Origin: an uncultured virus (IMG/VR IMGVR_UViG_3300027782_003801)
Lineage: Duplodnaviria; Heunggongvirae; Uroviricota; Caudoviricetes
Reading direction: 5' to 3' (one strand)
Length of the DNA: 64,000 nucleotides
IMG/VR virus record: IMGVR_UViG_3300027782_003801
Shown here: in pieces, positions 50,291-58,914 of the stretch
Layout: every line of letters begins with the position of its first letter
Position numbering within the stretch: position 1 is the first letter of the stretch
The notes under the pieces: model-generated
Seen by the model: only the letters and a program-made list of their open reading frames with translations
Databases searched by the model: none
Told to the model about the DNA's origin: nothing
Program-made: the position numbers and the translations under genes

Positions 50291-50749
50291 ATGACCGACG
50301 CACAAATAGTAATATCAATTTTATCTGGTATAATATTTTTTTTATATCTCGTTAACAATTTAATATCACTTTCTAATGTTGAATTGTATATGAAAAAATA
50401 TAATGAATTACAACGTGGTGTGTATAAGTATGAACCAAATCCAAGTCTTCAATCACATTATTTTTATTTATACAGTTACGATATTAATACCGTTACATTC
50501 ACTAAAACTAATGTCTACATTTTATTCTTTCTTGATGGTGATATAAAACTAACAGAAAACAATTATATACATAAATGGCAAATATGGTGGTCAATACCAA
50601 CTTGGTATCATTATAGAAAACTTCATAAGTTAAAAGATGAGTTAATAGTAAATTATGAAAGAGGACTTGATTTTAGACAGATTTATGATAGAGCTGTAGA
50701 ATTAGAAAGGAAAAAAAATAAGTTAGAATTTAAATTTTTGCGGGGATGA
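50291..50749 (+). CDS. Membrane protein with C-terminal EFKFLRG tag
   Basis: Start after TATATTTG; N-terminal TM; ends KLEFKFLRG*. Confidence 0.7.
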   Translation: MTDAQIVISILSGIIFFLYLVNNLISLSNVELYMKKYNELQRGVYKYEPNPSLQSHYFYLYSYDINTVTFTKTNVYILFFLDGDIKLTENNYIHKWQIWWSIPTWYHYRKLHKLKDELIVNYERGLDFRQIYDRAVELERKKNKLEFKFLRG

Positions 50750-51261
50750 TAAAACCATTCAAACTACTTAATGGGTATGTCTATGATGATGAGTATACAT
50801 TACCAGTACGAACAGATCCACCATTTGGTATATCACATCGTCATTGGAATATGTTGCCACAGGATTTGAGAGGTGGAACGCTAATACATATGGAAATATA
50901 CATTGAGGGGTGGGAAGCTGGTCGCAATAATATCACCATCAATCCATATGAAGGTATTATCAATGACCCTATGGTTAGTGAATGGATTGAGTTGTGGAAT
51001 AGAGGACATCTAAGGTGGTCTGATAGAACAGGACAAAATTTTAGAAATGTAAATCCCAACCCACCAATAGATGAAACATATCCTGAATTCTATAACACAG
51101 ATGAATTTGTATTCTTTGACGTGACGCCAGTTGTGTATGATTCTGAATCTTATGTTCCATATAAATTCATGTTGTTTAGACATATTGAAGATGGGAACAC
51201 AGTACAAGGAAGTAGAATAACCCCCGAACACCCAATGTGGAATTTTCCTGATATAATTTAA
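50746..51261 (+). CDS. Tag-variant protein with an RMF-like segment
   Basis: MIKPFKLLNGY; YIEGWEAG....NPY...W..G. Confidence 0.65.
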   Translation: MIKPFKLLNGYVYDDEYTLPVRTDPPFGISHRHWNMLPQDLRGGTLIHMEIYIEGWEAGRNNITINPYEGIINDPMVSEWIELWNRGHLRWSDRTGQNFRNVNPNPPIDETYPEFYNTDEFVFFDVTPVVYDSESYVPYKFMLFRHIEDGNTVQGSRITPEHPMWNFPDII

Positions 51262-51274
51262 AAAACAAAATAAT

Positions 51275-51439
51275 ATGAGATTAAACGTAGAATTACTTGC
51301 AATTGATTTTTACAGAGTAGGAAGAAGTTGGATTTCTTTTTTAGAGATTAATTATGGTCACCCATTATTTTATTTAGAATGGGGACAAGGTATGAAAATA
51401 CAAATCAGTTTTTTATTTGGACTAATTAAAAATTATTAA
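51275..51439 (+). CDS. Hypothetical protein (54 aa)
   Basis: Manual translation MRLNVELLAIDFY... Confidence 0.55.
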   Translation: MRLNVELLAIDFYRVGRSWISFLEINYGHPLFYLEWGQGMKIQISFLFGLIKNY

Positions 51440-51440
51440 T

Positions 51441-51674
51441 ATGAAATTTGAAGAAGCGGAAGAAAAATCTTTAACCGTAAAATGGGAAATCGGAACTTGC
51501 TCGCAAGGAGAAAGGTGTTGGTGTAGAACGATTAAACCTATTGAACCTATACTTTTTGATGATGGAGATAGTCAAGATGAATATTGGATAGTTGGGTCTG
51601 GCGAGTTACATAAAAATATTGCGGAGTATTTTGTTGAACTCCATAATAAAAATATTGAAAACAAAATTAAATAA
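51441..51674 (+). CDS. Hypothetical protein
   Basis: C....CWCR.I..ELHN. Confidence 0.65.
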   Translation: MKFEEAEEKSLTVKWEIGTCSQGERCWCRTIKPIEPILFDDGDSQDEYWIVGSGELHKNIAEYFVELHNKNIENKIK

Positions 51675-51675
51675 T

Positions 51676-51855
51676 ATGAAATTTAGAAAAACACTCACAG
51701 ATAAACGTCTTGAAGAATTGTCTGATAAGGTAAGAAGAGGAACTCCAATCTTAATGAGTGAGGCAATTGAGGTGGTGGAATATCAAGAGATGTTAAAGAA
51801 GAATAAACTACCTTTCACAGATAGAATACTTAATTTCTTTAAAATAAAACAATAA
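51676..51855 (+). CDS. Hypothetical protein
   Basis: ATG after previous stop. Confidence 0.6.
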   Translation: MKFRKTLTDKRLEELSDKVRRGTPILMSEAIEVVEYQEMLKKNKLPFTDRILNFFKIKQ

Positions 51856-51860
51856 AGATT

Positions 51861-52088
51861 ATGAAAACATTTAAGTTCCTCTCAAAGAAACAAGTTCCTA
51901 TACCAAATAGATATAGTAGTTTAAGTCCTGAGGATAGAAACATATACACAAAAGGATATTATGATGCGTTTGATTGTTATAATCATAGTCGTTCGTTAGA
52001 GTCACCATACAATCCACTTGTGGAAGAATATGAGTATGAATTATGGAGAGAGGGAGTTACGATGTATGAACGAAATAATAATGTATAA
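51861..52088 (+). CDS. FKFL-tag protein with an RMF-like segment
   Basis: MKTFKFLSK; YTKGYYDA....SPY....W..G. Confidence 0.65.
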   Translation: MKTFKFLSKKQVPIPNRYSSLSPEDRNIYTKGYYDAFDCYNHSRSLESPYNPLVEEYEYELWREGVTMYERNNNV

Positions 52089-52486
52089 TGATAAAGGATT
52101 TCAAATTCTTTAGATCTAACATAACAAGGGTTAATTGGCAACTAACCGGTTTATTAGATGATGCAACAAATGTTCCATTATTGATTGGTGTATTGGACAT
52201 CACATACAAATATATTCAGGATAATAATCTAATGGATAATGATAGGGTTAATAATATGTTGATTATTATTATGACTAAATTATACAGAGACAAATATAAT
52301 TCTTATAGTGATTATGATATTAGAGGTAAGATTGATGAGGTTATGATTCATATGGATAGTGTCACAATAAGAAGATATATACAAGAACTTGCAGCGGGTG
52401 CTTGGACTAGTATTGATGTTGAAGCGGAGATTAATCATATTATTTATGAAAAATGTAAATGGGAAGAACATGATCACGGATTTTAA
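52088..52486 (+). CDS. FKFF-tag protein with major-capsid-like segments
   Basis: MIKDFKFFRS; WQLTGLLD and IDVEAEI. Confidence 0.65.
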   Translation: MIKDFKFFRSNITRVNWQLTGLLDDATNVPLLIGVLDITYKYIQDNNLMDNDRVNNMLIIIMTKLYRDKYNSYSDYDIRGKIDEVMIHMDSVTIRRYIQELAAGAWTSIDVEAEINHIIYEKCKWEEHDHGF

Positions 52487-52862
52487 ATTTTTATCGGGGG
52501 TGAAATCCATGTTGGATATGTATGGTAGAGAAATCAATCCAAATCATTATCAAACAATCAGTTTAACCGGCAATCTTCGTTTTCTAAAAGAATACCATAG
52601 AAGATTGGATTGTTTTTATATGTCACATTATAATATGTTTAATGATAGACATCCATTGTATAATCAATCATTAGAATTATATGATAGAACGGTTGGATTT
52701 ATTAATGGAGGTCATATAACAACCCATGAAGAGATAAGGAGATTTGTTCATATCGCTTATTCAGATATGGTCTATGGAGTATTTGAACCGTGGGAAATGG
52801 GTGGAGCAACAAATCAGGAGATATTAGTTGATACATATAACTTTATAAACCCAAGACGATGA
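52470..52862 (+). CDS. FKFL-tag protein
   Basis: MITDFKFLSG. Confidence 0.65.
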   Translation: MITDFKFLSGVKSMLDMYGREINPNHYQTISLTGNLRFLKEYHRRLDCFYMSHYNMFNDRHPLYNQSLELYDRTVGFINGGHITTHEEIRRFVHIAYSDMVYGVFEPWEMGGATNQEILVDTYNFINPRR

Positions 52863-53185
52863 AGGACTTCAAATTTCTCACCAAGAACAATACCATAAAC
52901 TTTAACGGACAAATGTCCATTGAGGCACTTAGATATTTCAATGATTATGTCAATAATGTAATTAGATATGAAATCTCAACACCAACCGCAACATATAGGA
53001 TGGTGGATTACACTTATGGTGACGGTAATATTGTGGCAGGAACTATCAACGCACATCCATCAGGTGTATCCAATGTAATGGTCACCTATAGTATAAGGAA
53101 CGGGGAGATTACGGGACACACAATACATTTAGATTACTGGAATACGGCGGGACAGTTAGTAAACGCATTAAGAGAGACACAATAA
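52859..53185 (+). CDS. FKFL-tag protein
   Basis: MKDFKFLTK. Confidence 0.65.
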   Translation: MKDFKFLTKNNTINFNGQMSIEALRYFNDYVNNVIRYEISTPTATYRMVDYTYGDGNIVAGTINAHPSGVSNVMVTYSIRNGEITGHTIHLDYWNTAGQLVNALRETQ

Positions 53186-53205
53186 AGACCCATACCACTG
53201 TGAAT

Positions 53206-53433
53206 GGGGATTCCGGCGTACGAAAACAATGATGGAGATAACCAGCACTAATCATAAATAACCATCTTAATGCACGAGAAAACCGGCATTAGAGATTCAC
53301 TTTACATAATATTACCAATATACTTTACATTATATGTAAAAACATATACCAAAATTAAAAACAGACGTAAAATGAATTTCACTATATCCAAATACATATA
53401 ATTCAAAAGCGACTAGATGTCCTCAGTCAGATA
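53206..53433. repeat. Composite intergenic element, copy 1
   Basis: GGGGATTCCGGCGTACGAAAACAAT (53206-30) and AAAGCGACTAGATGTCCTCAGTCAGATA (53406-33). Confidence 0.85.
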
Positions 53434-53464
53434 ATATTATAAACTAATAGGATATTTATATACA

Positions 53465-54988
53465 ATGAAGTTTTTAGACATTATAAACGAATCCGAAGAA
53501 GAAAGGTTATTAAAGAGAGGAAAGACAATCTTTAAAGCATTTAAGGAGGGAACAATCACACGTACTGATGGAGTATCGTTTAGTTATGTATTAGATAACA
53601 ATGTGGAGATGATGGTAAGAAACGGGGAATTAGAACTATACGGATCTGTTTCCAAGATAGTAGAAAAAACCTATTGTCCAATCAATGAAAGGTATATGAC
53701 GGAGTTAATAGAGAATAGATTTCGTAAGTTCTATATTACCACAGATTTAAGACCTCCAAGTAAAGACAACATACATAAGTTCCAAGGAAAGAAACCGTGG
53801 GAAGAGGACTTAAATGATTTAGTGTACTTAAATGAATCCAACGAGTATAAACTAATTAGAAAGGGGAAACTTATATTCAAGGCGTTAAGAAAGGGAACCA
53901 TAGGGTCTGAGGATGAACCTAATAAACCTATGTTTACTTATGAATTATCCGATGATATGTCTGTAAGTTTACATGAAGGTGAAATTATCATTTTTACAGA
54001 TGAGATTAAGGTTGTGGAACTGAATGAACCATGTGTAAGAATGAGCACGGATTTAATGGCACGTAAAATTAGTAATAGGTTTAAGCAATTTAAAGTTACA
54101 TTGTCACATCCACCAATACATCCTTTTAATGTGGATAGTTATTATGATAGACGTAAGAAAGAAGAATTAAACGAGAATTTGGTCCATATAATAACGGATG
54201 AAGATAAAAAAAAGGTTAAACTCGTTCATAAAGCAATAAGTTCGGGTGTTGTTAAGGTAAATGACGTTAGATATAGATATGAACTTCCTAAGAACTACCA
54301 AATGAGTCCAGCGAATAATAAAATTATACGTATTAGATTTGAGTTTTATAATGGGGATTTAATTGGTCCCAACCGTGGGGAGAAGTTACCATTAAAGTTA
54401 TGGAGAATAGAAGAGGGTAAGGATATATATATCAATGGATTATTAGATAATACGGATGTATCAGATATATGTTATGGTGAACACTATCATCAGAAAGAAA
54501 CGACACAGGAGTATATGATGGTTAAAAATGCGGTTCGTAGGAGATATAATAACTTTAACATTTCATTAGATGTGTCCCCCAAAGATAGAACATTAAAGGT
54601 ATTTAATAATAATCCAGTAAATGAACAGGATGATGTGGTTATTACAGATGATTATATCTACCCAACCAAAGAACAGAAGAAAAGGGCAAAGATATTCTAT
54701 CATGCGTTTAAGACGGGGAAGTTCACAATAGAAGACGATGGTGGAACGTACAAATATGTTCTTCCTGATGAGTATTATGTAAGTGTGGCGGGTGATGGTG
54801 TATTAAATATTGTTTTAACCATGAATCCCCAACAAAAAATGAAGATGTATTTTGTACATAAGGATCATGAGACGGGAGAAACAATAGAAAAAGACATAGA
54901 CACTTCAAAAAGAACTTACCTACATCAATGGATGAAGGATAAGATAGAGAATAAATTCAAACAATTCCAAATTAATTTTATATTTTAA
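53465..54988 (+). CDS. Four-repeat putative virion-internal polyprotein
   Basis: Four units of roughly 110-150 aa, each opening with (I/L/V)NE..K+.K.I(F/Y)+A...G and closing with N+F+.F.I. Confidence 0.75.
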   Translation: MKFLDIINESEEERLLKRGKTIFKAFKEGTITRTDGVSFSYVLDNNVEMMVRNGELELYGSVSKIVEKTYCPINERYMTELIENRFRKFYITTDLRPPSKDNIHKFQGKKPWEEDLNDLVYLNESNEYKLIRKGKLIFKALRKGTIGSEDEPNKPMFTYELSDDMSVSLHEGEIIIFTDEIKVVELNEPCVRMSTDLMARKISNRFKQFKVTLSHPPIHPFNVDSYYDRRKKEELNENLVHIITDEDKKKVKLVHKAISSGVVKVNDVRYRYELPKNYQMSPANNKIIRIRFEFYNGDLIGPNRGEKLPLKLWRIEEGKDIYINGLLDNTDVSDICYGEHYHQKETTQEYMMVKNAVRRRYNNFNISLDVSPKDRTLKVFNNNPVNEQDDVVITDDYIYPTKEQKKRAKIFYHAFKTGKFTIEDDGGTYKYVLPDEYYVSVAGDGVLNIVLTMNPQQKMKMYFVHKDHETGETIEKDIDTSKRTYLHQWMKDKIENKFKQFQINFIF

Positions 54989-55348
54989 ATGAAACTATTA
55001 GATATACTAAATGAGGATGCTGAGGTGGATGTCCCAAAGGAGAAAAAGAGGGTTAAAACCGTATTCAGGGCGTTAAGGTCAGGGGTTATGTTTGTCCCAT
55101 TCTTGGGATATAAAATTAAATATGAACTTAATAACGACTACCAATTAAGTGTGGGGATAGGTAAAGGTCATAGTGACACCATTCTGTTTATTCCATCTGA
55201 TGACAAGACACCAAAGATAAAGTTATATGAGATTGGGTCCGATGGGGTGGAAAGATATTTCAGTGTAAATGGATATGACGCCATATATCAAGCCATGTGG
55301 CAAATGATAAGTCAAAGGTTCAAAAATTTCAAAATACATCTAAGATAA
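54989..55348 (+). CDS. Single-unit paralog of the repeat domain
   Basis: MKLLDILNE..KKRVKTVFRALRSG..YEL..QRFKNFKI. Confidence 0.75.
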   Translation: MKLLDILNEDAEVDVPKEKKRVKTVFRALRSGVMFVPFLGYKIKYELNNDYQLSVGIGKGHSDTILFIPSDDKTPKIKLYEIGSDGVERYFSVNGYDAIYQAMWQMISQRFKNFKIHLR

Positions 55349-55384
55349 TTAGGATATTCCAATTCGTACTAGTATATTTGTGGT

Positions 55385-55630
55385 ATGAAAATCCCAATTC
55401 AACTAACATACAAATACTTCAGTGAGACCATAACCATTAAGAAGAAGGTGGATAGTCTTCATATAGGAGATACCATGGAGATGTATAAAGGTATTATTGT
55501 CCCCATATATGGTCAGGAGAACTACGAGAGGGTTATAATAACACTTGCTCAAAGGATAATGGAACAAAGGAGAAAGAAGGAACCCAAAACACTAATCAAA
55601 AGGATTGTGGATAAAATATTGTATTATTGA
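55385..55630 (+). CDS. Hypothetical protein
   Basis: Start after TATATTTG promoter. Confidence 0.65.
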   Translation: MKIPIQLTYKYFSETITIKKKVDSLHIGDTMEMYKGIIVPIYGQENYERVIITLAQRIMEQRRKKEPKTLIKRIVDKILYY

Positions 55631-55663
55631 TAATATAATGAAAATATTGTATAATTCGGAGAT

Positions 55664-56572
55664 ATGAAGATAACAAGTTTTAATATAAAGGTGAATAAGG
55701 ATTCCAAACTATTCATTGGAATAGGGGATAGTTTCTGTGAGGGTTCTGGAGCTCAACCAATTGAGATATGGGAGAAGTATGGTTGGGACAGATGGAAAAT
55801 GTCCTTATCGGATGAGGGGAGTGAATGGGCAATAAAGAACTCATTTGTGAATAAGATATGTGAGAGACATCTAAAGGACTTTACACCTGTTAATTTGGGT
55901 AGTGGGGGAAAGGGAAATAGATATGCCATAAGGGAACTATTCTTAAACCCAACAATTGATTTTAAGATTGCCAAGGAGAAGATTGTGGTATTTGCAATGT
56001 CAGGGATTGAAAGGTTGGACTTCTCCAATTCCATTGTAAGTGATAATAATGGTGACCATACAACAACGATATGGTCATATAATGAAGAAAATGTAATGAA
56101 AGGGTATTCGGGTTTATTGAGACCTGACGGGGAGAGTATAAACAATATAAGGTTTGCAATATCTGAATTTATGTTTGATATGTTTATGTTGACAAACTGG
56201 TGTGAGTTGAATAATGCTAAGTTACTATTGTTTAGTGGGTTTTCTAAAGAATATAACAGGGAACATTTTAACAGGTTATTGATTCAGGATAATGGTGGGC
56301 TTGATATTGATGTGGTTATGGAGAATACAAGATTATTGCTTGATAGAATGCCATGGGATAAGATTATTAGACCCATGGGATATGAATGTGTCACCGATAT
56401 GTTATTACACTTGGAAGGTAGGGATGATTTAAATGGACATCTTGGTGGAATAAATTACGAGACCATAGGAGAGAATCATTATTTAACCAAGTGTCAACAT
56501 CCATCATATAAAGGACACGAATTACTATCGGACATCATATATGAGAAGATTATAGAATGGGGTTACTTATAA
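55664..56572 (+). CDS. SGNH/GDSL-like protein
   Basis: IGDSFCEG, NLGSGGKGN, SGIER, HPSYKGH. Confidence 0.7.
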   Translation: MKITSFNIKVNKDSKLFIGIGDSFCEGSGAQPIEIWEKYGWDRWKMSLSDEGSEWAIKNSFVNKICERHLKDFTPVNLGSGGKGNRYAIRELFLNPTIDFKIAKEKIVVFAMSGIERLDFSNSIVSDNNGDHTTTIWSYNEENVMKGYSGLLRPDGESINNIRFAISEFMFDMFMLTNWCELNNAKLLLFSGFSKEYNREHFNRLLIQDNGGLDIDVVMENTRLLLDRMPWDKIIRPMGYECVTDMLLHLEGRDDLNGHLGGINYETIGENHYLTKCQHPSYKGHELLSDIIYEKIIEWGYL

Positions 56573-56589
56573 CTCACAACACCGAGAAC

Positions 56590-56696
56590 GGGGGTTCCGG
56601 CGTACGAAAACAATCCCAAAACTGGCGTCAGAATGTTAGATACTATATCCCAATTAGGTATAATCTCTAAAGCGACTAGATGTCCTCAGTCAGATA
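56590..56696. repeat. Composite intergenic element, copy 2
   Basis: 24/25 match at 56590-614 and 28/28 match at 56669-96 to copy 1. Confidence 0.85.
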
Positions 56697-56806
56697 TATT
56701 ATTATAATTCGTGGGATATCTAATGAATGTGGATAACTTATACAAGAAATAGTTTGGAATATAAAGAATATAATCGTATATTTGTATTATTAAACAATAA
56801 AAACAT

Positions 56807-57166
56807 ATGGAACAAGTATTATTAGAAAAAGACAATAAGAAAATCGGGTTGAAAGAGTTAGATGTTAAATTCTGTGGACATAGAGTTACAGGTTCAACAG
56901 GAAGAGAAACATTCCTAATCACATTATCTATTATCGGAGGTTTAGTCGGGGGATATTCTAAACTTAGTGAGTATTCAGAAGATATCTCAGAGGATAAAGA
57001 AACCTTCCATATAAGAAACCCTAAGAGTTATGACCAACAATTCATAAGAGAAATGGGAGATTATTATGTATGGTTTAACTACTCAAATGAACAAAAGAGA
57101 TATAGATTACAAAGTCTTGTTGAGAGATTAAATCTACAGGATAAATTCTACATTACATTGGATTAG
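56807..57166 (+). CDS. Hypothetical protein
   Basis: Own promoter (56777) and terminator. Confidence 0.7.
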   Translation: MEQVLLEKDNKKIGLKELDVKFCGHRVTGSTGRETFLITLSIIGGLVGGYSKLSEYSEDISEDKETFHIRNPKSYDQQFIREMGDYYVWFNYSNEQKRYRLQSLVERLNLQDKFYITLD

Positions 57167-57170
57167 TATA

Positions 57171-57195
57171 AGGGGACCTAAAGGTCCCTTTTTTA
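57171..57195 (+). terminator. Intrinsic terminator
   Basis: gggacct/aggtccc stem followed by T-run. Confidence 0.7.
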
Positions 57196-58074
57196 TTCCT
57201 CCTTGGTAAGGGACTTATAGACCTGGTACAAGGAACCTATTATGGAGATAATCATAAGGATAAAGATGTATATCATAGGGTATTATTTGGATATAAAGAT
57301 AGGATAAACTTCCGAGATTGTCCACGTTTTAGTTCCGACTTTGGACCTGTTTTATCCCACTATGTCTCCGACATCTGTGTCGGGAACATCCTGTTTACCC
57401 CCCGACGAGGACCTTTAGGTCCGAGATAATTGTCCTGTTTAAGGTACATTTTTCCCACCTTAATACCCCCGAAAATTACCCCTAATTTATCCCCGATATT
57501 GATACTAATATCCCCACTTTATTCACCTTGATCTGTCGGGATCCATTTAGGGGATGGAATTCCCACTTTTAGCGTATATTTATTGATACCGTATATAATA
57601 TCGGTAATTTGGGGAGAAAGTGGGGAAAAGTGGTAGTATGTGGGGATTGACCCCTGACCGAATCAAGGACCATATCCATAAAAATTTGAATATATAACTG
57701 TATTACGGGGTCCTTCGGACCCCTTCAGGGGTGACACAATGTCCATTTATGTTATGTATATGAATAACCCATCATACGTAATACAGTGGTTAGTAATACA
57801 TCCCATTCCATTTAACATAATGTACGTTATAGGTTCACAAGTAATACACATCTTTATCCACACCCATCCCCTGAAGGGACGACCGTAGGATCGTCCCGTA
57901 ATACACTTGCCAGACAATATCGGTAGATTTAATGTTTAACCATTTAAGTGTAATACTTACACAAAACTTGCCAAACAATATTGTCCGTCATACATCCGTT
58001 CGTCTACGGTAATACATAAAACCTGAAGGGGACCCATAGGGTCCCCGAACAATTAAAATATGTGCTTGTGTGTA
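57196..58074. other. Non-coding hairpin- and iteron-rich node at the transcription convergence point
   Basis: 8 GTAATAC/GTATTAC, 3 CCTGAA-GGG-hairpin-CCC units, TCCCCACTTT/AAAGTGGGGA inverted repeat, DnaA box at 57854. Confidence 0.75.
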
Positions 58075-58914
58075 TTACGCGGAGAAGTCTATACCGAAGT
58101 GTTTAAACCTATTTTTCAACCATTCTTTAAAGTCATCTTTTTCATCGTAATTAAGAGGACATGTATTACTTGTGATTTTAACCCCGTCAATATAGGCGTG
58201 ACCTGGACTATAACTTATTTCAAAATCGGGACTAATAATCTTATCCCTTTTATTATAGTTTTTATTCATTTGGTGTACGGTAATACTAGGTTGGTTAAAC
58301 TTACCGTAGTCATACGTGTGACCTTTCCAAGTTCCTTTACCCAAAGCCGTGTAGATTGTCTTACACTTCTTAACTAATTTGGTCATTGTGGTCGAGTAGT
58401 CTTCTGAGAACGTCGGTAATTGTTCTGGCAATAATAGGTATAAGTTTTCATTTTGAAATAATTCATATAATGAGTTTGGTCTTTCTATCTTCACATTATA
58501 GACATTATTGTCCATATAGTCTTTTAAGAATAATATCCCCTCCATAAGGGTTATTGTCACCCTTTCAATGTGGATTCTAAAATCCGTTCTATCTTTTAAC
58601 ACATCATAATAGTGATCAAGAAATTCTTCCTTGGACATGTTTCTTGCCAAACAAATTGTGTTGATCAGCTCGTCCCCCGCTATTTTAATTAAATCTGGTG
58701 GTATGATTGGATTAACATGATCAGGATTATATGTAACATACACTTCAAATTCTCTTTTTGAAACGAAACGATATGTAATATAACCTGTACCGCTGGTAAA
58801 CTTAAGTTTCTTCAAATACCGTAAATCATCAGATACCTTAAGTAGAAGGTTCGTAAGCTCAACCTTCTTTAGGTCACTCCCTGCTTGTTCTGATATAATG
58901 TCCATAATCTTCAT
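58075..58914 (-). CDS. Putative virion-internal protein with a C-terminal copy of the 53465 repeat domain
   Basis: Start MKIMDIISE after TATTTATA; KKCKTIYTALGKG..LKNRFKHFGI. Confidence 0.7.
   Translation of the reverse strand: MKIMDIISEQAGSDLKKVELTNLLLKVSDDLRYLKKLKFTSGTGYITYRFVSKREFEVYVTYNPDHVNPIIPPDLIKIAGDELINTICLARNMSKEEFLDHYYDVLKDRTDFRIHIERVTITLMEGILFLKDYMDNNVYNVKIERPNSLYELFQNENLYLLLPEQLPTFSEDYSTTMTKLVKKCKTIYTALGKGTWKGHTYDYGKFNQPSITVHQMNKNYNKRDKIISPDFEISYSPGHAYIDGVKITSNTCPLNYDEKDDFKEWLKNRFKHFGIDFSA

Noticed and set aside
53206..53433. Hammerhead ribozyme in the duplicated element
   Set aside because: The CUGA-like word and the GAAA fall on opposite strands
57700..58078. GTAATAC repeats as a mini-CRISPR
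   Set aside because: Repeat only 7 nt, mixed orientation, irregular spacing, no cas genes in the window
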